This document shows, one piece after another, positions 46,145 through 57,304 of a DNA stretch of 64,000 nt. The stretch covers positions 837,081 through 901,080 of the forward strand of contig NW_005201287.1 of the NCBI RefSeq assembly GCF_000372725.1, in the 5' to 3' direction. The notes below the pieces were generated by a model. That model worked only from the letters and a program-made list of their open reading frames with translations, made no database searches and was not told the origin of the DNA. Source of the DNA: Emiliania huxleyi CCMP1516 (Eukaryota). The position numbers were made by a program, and so were the translations under genes. How positions within the stretch are numbered: the stretch's first letter is position 1; each line of letters opens with the position of its first letter.

Positions 46145-46506
46145 TTCTGAATGAATGCGGACCATCTCTTGCTTATATCGACCCGCGAATCTCCCCCCAT
46201 GCGGCCTATCGTGCGCGGCGGCGGCGAGGGCGAGGGTGGAGCGGGCGTGGGGGTGGCGATGCCGATGGTGGGCGAGGGTGTTGGGTGTTGCAACTCTTGG
46301 CGGCGGGGCGCGGGCGTTCGACTGGTTTTCTTCTTCGAGCTCGCGACCTCCCAGAAGCCTCTCTCTCCGCCCAGCAAGCAGCATGCTCTGCCAGCTCCTC
46401 GCAGTCTCCGCCGTCGGTGCGACGCACATCTCGCGCGCGCCCGCAGCGCCCTCTGCGCTGGCCCCGCCGCCACTGGCCTCCGCGGAGCCCGCTCCGCCGG
46501 GGCGCC
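46145..46506 (+). pseudogene. Inverted duplicate of the plastid L12 upstream region, exon 1 and part of intron 1
   Basis: Near-identical reverse complement of about 50325-50680, including ATGCTCTGCCAGCTCCTCGCAGTCTCCGCCGTCG|GTGCG at 46383. Confidence 0.88.
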
Positions 46507-46724
46507 ACCTTCCTTCCCCTTTTTCAGTAGTCTTGGAGCACTTGGAGTGCAGTTGGCAACCTCATACCCAGGGCCGGGGAGCTAAAAAGCGCACCCAGCG
46601 GCCGGATGCTCGTATCAGTCAAAATGCAAAAAGAAACTTGCGGCTTCCCTCAATGTTCCGCCATGAGACGAACTTCTGCGAGGCAAATTTGTGGAGGTCG
46701 CGCAGCTCCGAGCCGAAGAGCACG

Positions 46725-47876
46725 ATGAGGGGTGGAAGCAGCCTCCATGGCCGCCGCGCTGGAGGCGCGATCGTGGGCGGGCATTCGCTGCTGCTCGACG
46801 AGGCCGGCTCGGTCACCGTGCCCCCATGCAGCCCACGCCGCCCGGGACGCGCCCGTCGTCGTGGCTTGGAAAATTCTCTGCGCCTGCGTCCCTACCACGG
46901 GGGCTGGTCCTGTTTGTGTCGTTTGTGCCGCGTGGTGCGAGTCATTTTACAATCGGGGGCGGCCCACGCCATGCGCCCTGGCCGCAGCAGATCCGCCACA
47001 AACCGCACCTCCCTGCACGCCGCATATGCCACCCTACCCCCACTACCCCTACCTCCTACCCCCACTTGTTGTGAATCGTGAATGCGCAGGTTCGACGCCG
47101 AGGATCCAATGATCGCCATCGAGCAGCAAGTCCCGCGTGGCAAAGGGATCCTCCAGATCTTCGCCTTCTTCCTGCTGGCGATGGCCGGCGGGTTCCTCGT
47201 CGCGGAGCTGTCCACGACAAACATGCTGACCTCGCCAGTGCGCTACCCCTCCCCGCTTTGACTGCCATGGCACCTAATACACGTTTCGTGGTGATTCATA
47301 GCGGCACAGGAGCCCCTGGGAGCCTGTCCTGCCATTAACGACTGTTGCCGTTCCCGTCAGTGCCACGCCTCAGAACGTTGGTCGCCGCCCCGTTCCTCGA
47401 ACAAGCCCCGCCCCCCCCCCCCCAACCCCGATCACGCGGAATCAGCGCGGATCGCAGGCTTTACTTTACGCACGTGTGTGCCCCTCCAGGTGCCCCCCGT
47501 CAAGAAGGAGTCTGGGGGCACCGTGGTCGCCGCCGGGGAGCGCGGCTGGCACCGCAGCTCCGACTCCTCCCTGCTGCTTGGAGCCGGACTCCTCGGCGCG
47601 GGCCTCGTTGCACAGCAGCAGATGCAGAACCAAAAACAGATGCAGGAGATGCACGACACCGCGATGGTAAATGCAGCCAAGGAGGAGCAGCTCGCCAAGG
47701 GCTGCTACGTTGCGCACCGCTGGACAATGCCATGCAGGACAAGCGCCGTCGGCCTAGGCAGCGTGCAGACGACTGCGCCCGCCTACTACAGCGCCTACCC
47801 CGCCCAGGCGGCGCCGGCTCAGGCTCCGCCACAATACGCGAGCTCCGGCGCAATGCACCCGGCCTGGGCAGGTTAG
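46725..47876 (+). CDS. Hypothetical single-TM protein, probably 3 exons
   Basis: Candidate exons FDAEDPMIAIEQQ...ILQIFAFFLLAMAGGFLVA (about 47090-47240) and VPPVKKESGG...HPAWAG (47490-47876), each after a CAG acceptor. Confidence 0.45.
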
Positions 47877-48140
47877 TGAGGATGCGGGCCGTTCTTCGGC
47901 GGGGCCAAGAGGCACCGTCTCGGCCCCACGTGCCACGAAGGTCAGCCCAAGCTCAGAACGGCCCGCTCAAGCTGTTTTGTTGGCATCACCTTTTCTCTTT
48001 GCAAATGGCCCGCTCGCAAGCGCAAACCTCTCGCCAGACAGCTGTGCGCCTTCATCGACGAGCTGGCGCCCCTCCTGAGCGACGCCGCGCTGCGCGTGGC
48101 GGCAAAAAGAAACTTGCGGCATCCCTCAATCTTCCAACAC

Positions 48141-49140
48141 ATGAGAAGGTCGCTGGTCGCCTCTTCGGCCCGCCTCGCCCGCTACACGACCAAGGCGGAC
48201 GCAACCCGCCTCGAGGCAGCGCGTAGCGCCTCTCTCGCGGACCGCAGCTCGCTGGCTGCTGAGCTGTCTGGGAGGTGGATTGTCGCCACCGGTGCTCCTC
48301 AGCAGACCGAGTCGGCGGGAGACTCCTTTGGCTTCGCGCTGCGGGTCGACGAGGTAAACTTGGGCGTGCTGCGCGCCGCGCTCTTCCCGGCGCCGCCAAA
48401 GCAGCGAAGGGACGAAGGCCACCTGCGGACGGCCCTCATCTTTGGGGCGAGCTGCCACCCGGGCCTGCCTCTCTCGCTGGCTGCCAAGCCGCTCGTGGAG
48501 GTTGCCGGCCGAGCCCGCCCAGCCAACGTCCACTGCTGTGTAGCTCAACTAATATGCCGCCGCCGCCTCCTCCGGCAGGCGGCGCGCGCCGAGCTGGCGC
48601 AGCGCGGTGCCGAGCGCGTGATGGGCCTGGCGCCTCTGACAGGGCTCTGCGGCTGGGTTGTCGAGGAGCAGGCGTGGGAGCGGTTATCCAGTCTCGGCGA
48701 GTTCGGCGACGAGGCGGCCGGCGCCGTCGAGGCTGTGGCGCGGGGCGTGCCGCGTCCGGGTCATTCCGTGCTCGGTGCGGAAGAGATCCCGGCTGCAGGA
48801 GAGAGGGGAGAGGAGAGGCTCTACTCGCACCTTTGCTCGCCCTCCCGCCGCAGGCCAGGGCACCTTCTCGGCGGCGCAGAAGGCGTTCGAGGCGCTCGCC
48901 ACGGCCTACGCGCGGAGGGACGACCCGGAGTCGGAGTGCCTCGCCTACCTCGAGGCGGGGGCCGACCTCGCCGCTGTCCACTGGCTGCACGACACGTCCC
49001 AGGAGGCGGTGCGGGACCGGGCGGGCGTCTCGGCCTCGCTCGAGTTCGGCGCCTACTCGCCGGCCGCCGAGGCGACGGCGGACGAGCTCTACATGCCCTC
49101 CAGCGGGATATACACGCCGCCGGGAGGAGAAGCCAGCTGA
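48141..49140 (+). CDS. Malonyl-CoA decarboxylase C-terminal-domain-like protein (divergent), 3 exons
   Basis: TALIFGAS..PGL..SLAAKPLVE; VMGLAPLTGLCGW; AYA...LEAGADLAAVHWLHDTS...AGVSASLEF follow the order of MCD motifs. Confidence 0.55.
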
Positions 49141-49727
49141 GAAGAGTGAGTGTGCAGTGGCCAGCGCCGGGCCCGCTGCGGTGTCGGTTCCTGTATGACC
49201 TCCGCGCGCACACTGCCGCCCAGTGCGCAGTTTGGTGAGTGGACGAGACCGACGGCTGTGAGTGCGTATATACACGGCAAGTCGCAACACGGATCACCCT
49301 CGAGGGATCACCCAGTCTCTCGCGGATGTCGATCGCTCGCGGAGAGCGGCCAGAGAGCGGCCGCGGGCCGGGACCGGCCACCGCGACCGTTGGACCGCGC
49401 GGCGCCCGGGGGGGGGTCCAACGGGGGCGCCGGGGCGGCGCGGCGCGCGCGCCGCGCGCGGCGAGCGCTCCGCGGGCAAGACAAAGAGGTCTCTCGAGAG
49501 AGGTCTCCGACCGCGACGGTCTCCCGCCCTTCTCTCCGGGTAATCTCTTTTGAGCGCTGTGCGACTGGAAGAGTTGGCCCAAATATACTCGTGGTATCGT
49601 AACTCACGCACACGCAAGCAGAGGCAGCAAAGCAGTCAGCGCCGGACTCACGTGACTGTCAAGAGCACGCGTCGCCAGGCGGTGACCCGGTGAGGGGCTA
49701 AAGGTGAAAATAGAGGTCGGTGGCGCT

Positions 49728-50447
49728 CTACTTGAGCACCGCCTTGGCGCCGAGCTCCTCGAGCTTCTTGACGGCCTCCTCGCACTCCGCCTTGGGCGCG
49801 CCCTCCTTGATCGGGCACGGCGCGCTCTCGACCTTCTCCTTCGCCTCCTTCAGGCCGAGGCCCGTCAGCTCGCGCACAACCTTGAGCACCGCGATCTTCT
49901 TGTCCGCCGGGAACGAGTCAAGCACCAGGTCAAACTCCGTCTTCTCCTCAGCAGCCGCAGCGCCCGCCTCGCCGCCCGCCGCGCCGCCCGCCGGCATCGC
50001 CATCATCATGCCGCCACCGGCGGCGGCCGAGGCGTCGACGTCGAAGGTCTCCTCGATCGCCTTCACGAGCTCCGCCGCCTCCAGCAGGGTCATCGACTTG
50101 AGCTTGTCCATCACCTCATCGACGGCAGACATCACGGGCGCCGCAGCAACGCGCGAGGTGCCCACTCGGCTGACGGCGGGAGCCATGAAGCCTGGCACAG
50201 AGGCGTGGGCGCGTCAGGAGTGGCCGGGCGGGCAAGGCGGCCGAAATCGAGCTGCGCGAGGGGGCAGGGTCACAGCCAAGAGCACAGGGGCGCTGCAGTG
50301 TGGGCGCGCAGCGCAGCGCGGTGGGCGCCCCGGCGGAGCGGGCTCCGCGGAGGCCAGTGGCGGCGGGGCCAGCGCAGAGGGCGCTGCGGGCGCGCGCGAG
50401 ATGTGCGTCGCACCGACGGCGGAGACTGCGAGGAGCTGGCAGAGCAT
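49728..50447 (-). CDS. rpl12: Plastid-targeted ribosomal protein L7/L12; exons 50447-50414 and 50191-49728
   Basis: [18 protein letters not shown] bipartite signal/transit peptide across a GT-AG intron; [22 protein letters not shown]...[10 protein letters not shown]...[21 protein letters not shown]. Confidence 0.95.
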
Positions 50448-51609
50448 GCTGCTTGCTGGGCGGAGAGAGAGGCTTCTGGGAGGTCGCGAGCTCGAAGAAG
50501 AAAACCAGTCGGACGCCCGCGCCCCGCCGCCAAGAGTTGCAACACCCAACACCCTCGCCCACCATCGGCATCGCCACCCCCACGCCCGCTCCACCCTCGC
50601 CCTCGCCGCCGCCGCGCACGATAGGCCGCATGGGGGGAGATTCGCGGGTCGATATAAGCAAGAGATGGTCCGCATTCAGAACGGGCGGCGTGTGACGCCG
50701 CCAGCCGGCGCGTGGGCCTGCTACCCGGTGTGGTGGGACAACCACATGTGCAGCACATGTGCATGCACATGTGCATGTGCTGCTTCCCTACCTCGCCGCG
50801 CTGGTGGGAGCAGTTCTGCCATCGCCACGGCGTGATCATCCGTACGTGCCTACATGTACATGTACATCGTGGACCTCCCTCGCGCCCAACTACCGCTACA
50901 CTGGCTGGCCGGCTCGTCGCCATAATGGGAGCTGTGTGCTCGGCTGGAATTGGGGCCGGCCTCGTCATGTCCGTTCATGTCGAGCTCTGGGGGGGCGCGG
51001 GGGCCCCCGGAGGCACCGTGCGCCGCGCCGCAGTGCGGAAACGGGGCCCCGGCTCTCTATTAGTCTCTATTAGCACCGACTTCCCGAATGAGTACGGTTG
51101 AGTAGAGGGCAGATTGGAGAGATCTCAAGAAGTACACACAGATAGACCCTCCAACCATCGGAAAACTCCGACCTGATCGGTCGTACTGATCTGAACGTAC
51201 TGACCGCCGACAGATCACTCCAGACATTCTCCAGACAGCAGACAGCCCGACGTCTGCATGCGGCCGGCCGGGCGAGAGGCTTGACACGACCCGACCCTGC
51301 GACCCTGACGCTGCTGCTCTAGCTATCAGACATGCACTGCTGACTGCTGCCACAATGTGCGACCTGTGCTGGCCCACTTGGCGGCCTTCCTGGTCAGTGG
51401 TGAGGCGCAGTTCAGAGCTGTCGATGGCGCGATGCCGCACTGGTCCCACATTGGTGACACGAGACCACCACGTTTGCCGGTCCAAGAGAGAGGTACCGGT
51501 GCTGTCCTGAGAAGGTGCGTGGTTCCTCTTGACTGCCCATGCGCGCGAGGCTGTTTTGGCATAGGCTCGAGAGTGCCAGCAGCCAATCCGAGGCAGTTTG
51601 TGACACGCA

Positions 51610-52941
51610 TTGCGTCAGAAGCGTGCACGCAGCTGGAAGGACACCTTCCTACTGGCCGTACGATCAGTCAGGTCGTCCCCCACGAGGACCCCCCACGAGG
51701 ATCCAGGCACGCCCTCGCGGCGGGCGGACATAAAACAAGAAATCTCGCGAACGTTTTACCAGCGCCGCCAGCAACGGGACGCCGGCTTGAAACTCTTGTA
51801 CGTGCCCCCGGGCAAACTTTTTACGCCGTCATCAACAGAGCCCATGGCAGACGACGAGCTCGGCAGCAGAGCACACGGTCTGAATGAGCCACACAGCGCA
51901 ATCAGCGAAACCCACGACTTCATTCCAAACGCTTGCACGAGGCACCCAGAGGAGAAAATCTTTGCGAGAGTCCTCGACACAATCAGCCACCTCCCTCTCG
52001 GAAGCCTGGGCAACAGCAGCGTGCTTACCGACTTGGTGCGTGAAGCGGGGCTCGCGCGTGACCCCCGACCGCTGTATGGATTCGGAGGAAAAGAGGGGTC
52101 GGAGGAACAGTGGATGCACAAGCGTCAAAACTTCGGAATGCTCCAGATGCCGAAGCAAGTGGGCTGCATGCTCGGCGGACTGGCCGGTCTGTCCACGCGA
52201 GTGCGCACGTTTGCCGAGATTGGAGCGTGGTTTGGGTGGTCGGGCCTTTTTTTCGCTGCTTACATACGAAGGGTCTTCGAAGCGAGCCGTTGGGCAGGGC
52301 AGGACTTTAGCTCGGCCAGCTTTGATGTTGCCGACATGCGAACAGGCTGCATAAAGGCACTCATGGCCCGGCACAAGCACGGCTTCCATGTGAACTACGG
52401 AGGCGGCAAGCCAAAGTACCTGCCGCGCAAGCCAGGCGAGAAGAAGACGCGCACGTGGCGGCCAGTGCTCTATGAAGATCGCGCCAAGGCAGTGGCGTGG
52501 TATCACGAGCATTTGGCGGAGGCCTTCGGCCCTGCTGACCGTGAGACGTCAAAGCTCGACCTATGCTTCATCGACGCATCGCACACTTTCAAACACGTGG
52601 TCGAGGACGTCCGCTTCTTCCAGCCCATGTGCCGCCTCTTGCTGTTCCACGACATCGTGGATGCTGACTCGGTGGGCGTGAGGCAGTTGTGGCACTTTTT
52701 GAGCTCAAGACTGCGCTGGGAGCGCGACCAGCACGCCCCAGCGGGCGTGGCGGGATTGAACGGGACCGCATGGGATGTCGAAGCAGGCTACATGGTAAAG
52801 GAGTGCACGCAGCAGGCGGGAACGAGGCGCTTCAACTTTGGGCTTGGATTGATATCCGCACAGCGCCTCAAGAGCTCCTGGCTTGACGAGGCCGAAGCCA
52901 AAGCAAGCGCTGACGCGGCAGCAAAGGCGTCGAGGGGGTGA
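51610..52941 (+). CDS. Class I SAM-dependent methyltransferase (Methyltransf_24-like); 5' end uncertain, first ATG at 51844
   Basis: TFAEIGAWFGWSG, LDLCFIDASHTFKHVVEDV, LLLFHDI. Confidence 0.8.
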   Translation: MRQKRARSWKDTFLLAVRSVRSSPTRTPHEDPGTPSRRADIKQEISRTFYQRRQQRDAGLKLLYVPPGKLFTPSSTEPMADDELGSRAHGLNEPHSAISETHDFIPNACTRHPEEKIFARVLDTISHLPLGSLGNSSVLTDLVREAGLARDPRPLYGFGGKEGSEEQWMHKRQNFGMLQMPKQVGCMLGGLAGLSTRVRTFAEIGAWFGWSGLFFAAYIRRVFEASRWAGQDFSSASFDVADMRTGCIKALMARHKHGFHVNYGGGKPKYLPRKPGEKKTRTWRPVLYEDRAKAVAWYHEHLAEAFGPADRETSKLDLCFIDASHTFKHVVEDVRFFQPMCRLLLFHDIVDADSVGVRQLWHFLSSRLRWERDQHAPAGVAGLNGTAWDVEAGYMVKECTQQAGTRRFNFGLGLISAQRLKSSWLDEAEAKASADAAAKASRG

Positions 52942-53521
52942 GACAGCGGCGTCGCGCAATGGTCCTCTGCGTCGTCGGCTCGACAAGACACCGACCGATG
53001 GCAGCCTTCCAGCTCATGGGTGCCCTCTAGGGCTCCCGCGCCCCCCCAGAGATGTCGAGCGTCTTATTTATGTTTGAATTGCCAAAAACTCACTCTCAAT
53101 CTCACGACACACCTCCGATTATTTTTCCCGAGTGGTCATGGATTTTGGTCCCCTGTGCGCTGTGGAGTGTGGTGTGCCCCGAGGCCCGAGTGGCACCCAG
53201 AAAGAAATAAAGAAAGAAAAAGTGGCCCACGGCGGACATAACTTTCTTTTTCACGGAGCAAGCCTCACGGCTAGGCCTGGCGAGTAGAGACCACGCCTCA
53301 CTTTTTCACAGGGGGGGAGCATCCGTCTGGAAAAAAAAGGACCCCCCCCTGTGAATGTGAATACCGGTAGCAGGCGTGGGCTCTACTCGCCAGCGGCTAG
53401 GCGGCTGGTGTAGGAATCCTACCTGGGTTAGTGCCAGAGTTGCGGGTAAAGAGACCACATATCGGGCACCCCTTGTGCTGCCGCCCTTTGGGAGTAAATC
53501 CGTGAACCGCGCAAGCGAGCC

Positions 53522-54866
53522 ATGCGCACCCTCCCACTCCTGCTCATCGCGCCGCTGCTATATCGGCCGTCCGCCGCTCGCTGCCGCCTCATCGCCGCTA
53601 ACGACGACGAGGTGCTCCGCCGCCGAATCGCATCGCAGCTTCGGGCGGAGGAGGAGAAGCTCGCACAGGAGAAGCTCGTGCTCCAAAGCCGCGTGGCGGA
53701 CCTCGCGGCTGCTGACACGCGGGAGCAAGAGATATACGAGGAGGGCGGAGGCGCGCTGCCGGTCGTCTGTCTCGACGCGATGCTGCCTCGGCAGCAGCTC
53801 AGGGTGGAGACCGACGACGACACCTTCTGCCGCCTGCTCCGAGATGTTGGCCTCGGCGGCGTCTTCGTCGTCACCTCCCTCCACTTTGGCCAGAAGCGGC
53901 TGCGGCGGTCGGGAGTCCTCGTGCGAGTCTCTCTCGTCGACGCGCCGCGAGAGAGCGATAGCACGCCCACCTCGGTGAGAGCGATAGCACGCCCACCTCG
54001 GTGAGAGCGATAGCGCCGCACCGCGCCAGCCCTCTCCCCCTCACCCGCGCCGCCCGCCGAGGGCAGGTGAGCGCGCTGCTCGTCGGCCGCCGGCGCGTCC
54101 GCCTCCGCGGCCCGCCCACCGGGCTGCAGCTGCGGGTGGGGCGGTGGAGGCGCGAGTACGACGACTCGATCGTCTCCGAGAGAGCGCTCGGGTGGGGCGT
54201 CGAGCGCTTCGTGGACCGCGGCGCGCCGTCCGCGGCGGCGGCCGCTGCCATGCCCGCTGCGGCGGCGGAGGCGGCGCACCACACCGAGTGGTCGCTCACG
54301 CCCTTCGAGGTGCTGCTCCCTCGCCCCGCCGCCACTCTCCCTCCCCCTCGCTCCTGCCGCCCCTCCTCCCGGCTGCACTCCCACCTCGATCGGCGCAGGT
54401 GCTGGCGGACGCCGACGAGGCGCCGCTCTACGAGCCGGGCGGCGTGTGCGACGCCGCGTGGCCTGCGGAGGGCGACTCCCCTCCGCCCGCCTCGCTGGTG
54501 GAGGCGGCGGCACGCCTCTCCGCCGACCTAGAGGCGTGGAGGAGGCTCGCGGCCGAGCGCAGCACCTACGACGACCCGGCCGTGACGGCGGGGGCGAGGG
54601 CCCGCCGCGGAGACTTGCGGCTCGACCCCGCGCTCCTCCTCGCGCGGGTGTGCCGTGACCTCGGGCCGAAGCCGCCGCCCGAGGCGCCGACGGCGCTCGC
54701 GCTGTGGGGCGGCGCGCTCATCAACCCGCTGCCCTCCCTCGGCGTCTCGACCGAGGTGCGCGGGGCGGTGCTCGAGGCGCAGGGCGCCGCAGAGCGGGTT
54801 GCGCTCGTGCAGCGAGCCGTCTCGAGGTCGATCGCCAACCTGGAGGGGAGGCGGCCACTCTTTTGA
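53522..54866 (+). CDS. LON peptidase N-terminal (substrate-binding)-like domain protein, multi-exon
   Basis: LPVVCLDAMLPRQQL, LVGRRRVRL, ALWGGALINPLPSLGVSTEVRGAVLEA...ERV. Confidence 0.65.
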
Positions 54867-54994
54867 GGTTTAAAAAACACTGGAGGAGAAGTGCCGGCCG
54901 CCTTGGCCCTGACTAGGAGTCAGCAGTCGCGCTTATACCACACCCGGAAGACTTATGACAACCCGCGCCGACGTTTTTCCGGCGGTTTTTGGCG

Positions 54995-56988
54995 ATGGCT
55001 CGGCGTCGACGTGGCTGCCCGCTTCCCGCCCTCCTCCTCTACGTGGCCGCCTGTGTGCGAGCCGCCTTCGTCCCATTCTCCCCGCGCGGCACCAGTGCCG
55101 GCGGACAGCCCGATGGCCGCCAGCCCGGTCAGCTCGGCGCGACCGGCGGGCTGAGCGAGGACGAGGTGCGCTCGCTGCTGGCCGGCCGCTGCGCTCTCGT
55201 CATGGCGCAGCGTGACACCGACCTGGCGCTAGACGTCACCGAGGGCTTGGTGCAGCTGGGTGCACGCGTGCTGCTAACCTGCGAGAGGCCGGACGAGTGC
55301 AGCCACCGTGTCGCCTTTGTCAACCGCCGCGCCGCCGAGAGGAGAGCCGCCGCGTCGGCGCAGGCGCTGACTGCAGCGGGCGGCGGTGGGCGGAGGCGGA
55401 GGCGGAGGCGGTTGGAGCCGGAGCTCGTGGAGGCTGGCTGCGTCACCGCACAGCTCGACCTGTGCGACTCCTCCGCCATCTGGGACTTCGCCGACGCGTT
55501 TAGCGCCGGAGGGTGGCCTCTGCACGTCATCGTGTCGTGCAGCGACGAGCGGTGTGCGGCGGGCGGCGGGCGGGCGGCGGAGGAGCGCTGCGCCGCGGCG
55601 AACCACCTAGGCGTGCAAACCCTGCCCGCCGCCCCTGCCCGCCGCGCCCCTGCCCGCCGGGGTCCGTTTGCCGCTCCATACACGTCTGTGACCGCTCCTC
55701 CTCCTCCGGCGCTCAGGCCCGTTCCTGCTCACGTCGCTCCTCTCCGACTCGCTCGTCGAGACGATGCGCCGCGACGCGAGGCTCGCCGACCGCATCGCAG
55801 GCCGCCGCGGCCGAAGACAGCGCCGCCGCGCCGCCGCCGCCGCCGCCAAGGCCCCCTCTGGCGGCGGAGACGACGAGGCGCGAGGCTGGCCCGTGCCAGC
55901 CTCGCCCCCTGCTCCTCCTCTGAGGGTGAAGATGGCTGCTGCAGGCGCTGCGGCCGGGGCAGCCCGTCGCGGTGGCGGCGCGCCCCTTCCCACACCCGCT
56001 CGGCCGCGTGGTGCTGCTCGGGTCAGGCGCACCCTCACAGTCTGGAAGTGTCTAGGAAGTGTCTAGGAAGTGTCTAGGAAGTGTCTGGTGCTGCTCGGCG
56101 CAGGCGCACCCTCACAGTCGGCCATGGAGCGCGCTGCGGAGGCGGTGGCGGCGCGAGCCGGCGGCGGCGGCGACGTGAGTGGCGGCGGCGGCGGGAGGCG
56201 GCGGGGGCGCGTCTTAGGGTGGAGCGGCGCGCGGCTGCGAGCGCAGCAGGCGAGTCTCCTCTCGGCGCTGCACTTGGCGAGCAAGGCGCGCCTCGCCGGC
56301 TCGGAGCTGCGGGGAGGAGGCGACGTCGGAGGAGGCTCCATCGAGGCGAGCAGCAGCGAGAGAGAGGCGGCTTGTGGCGAGAGGGGGCGAGAGGGGGCGA
56401 GAGGGAGGCGAGAGGGAGGCGAGAGGGGGCGAGAGGGAGGCGAGAGGGGGCGAGAGGGGGCGAGAGGGGGCCCGCCCTCGGAGCCCGACCCCGACTCGCC
56501 ACCCTCCCGCCGCCGCAGGTGAGCGTCGTCCACCCGGGCCGAGGAAGGTGGCTCCCGAGGCCGCTGCGCCGCGCGGCCGGCTCGTGCCGCGTCCCCGCCC
56601 TCTCGGCCACCTTCCTCGCCTCGACGCCCGTGCGCGGCATGGGCGGTGCTCGAGCGCGGCGGCGAGGTCGGCTGCTTCGCCCCCTCGCCCCCCCTCACCC
56701 GCTGCTCCGCGTGCCGTAGGCCTCTTCCTCAGGGACATGCGCTCCGCAGAGCCATGGCCAGGCGCCGCCATCGAGGAGGGTGCATCCGCCCTCGCCGCCA
56801 GCGCGGCCTCCGCGTACGAGGGCAGCGCCCGCGCGTCGGGGGCGCCGCCCCTTCGCTGGGAAGCCGAGGCAGTCGCACGCCGACTCGGCCGCTCGGCGCG
56901 CACGCGCGCGCGGCCGGCGACCATCAGGCAGGGTTCAGAGAGAGGAGGTAGGGGAGGTGGAGGTGGGGGAAAGGGCGGGTTGCTTTAA
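54995..56988 (+). CDS. Divergent short-chain dehydrogenase/reductase (retinol-dehydrogenase-like), multi-exon
   Basis: LAGRCALV, GARVLLTC, QLDLCD..AIWDFA, PLHVIV, AANHLG|PFLLT, VSVVHPG. Confidence 0.7.
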
Positions 56989-57304
56989 AACCATTCTTGG
57001 AGCGGCGGTGACCGCGGTGTCTGGCGGTGCGCGTCAGACTCCTCAGCTCCTGCACTGAACCTGTGAAGCGGGGGTGCTATAAGGGAAGGTGTGTCTCTTA
57101 GTAGGTGCAAAGGTGGGTCGGTCTCACACGCGTCAGTGCACTTCAACACACAAGCCGCCTCATTTTTATACGATGAAGCGGCCGCGGGGCGCGGGGGAGG
57201 CGGGGGGGAGAAGAGGCAAGAGCGAGAGCTGCGCGGTGCGAGCGAGCGAGCCAGTGCAGGGGACACTTCCGCCCGCCCCGCGAGTCGCGCTCCGCAGAGA
57301 GGCG

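Noticed and set aside
53305..53355. 13-bp stem hairpin (TTCACAGGGGGGG / CCCCCCCTGTGAA)
   Set aside because: Single occurrence, largely homopolymer; cannot be assigned as a terminator or Helitron end.
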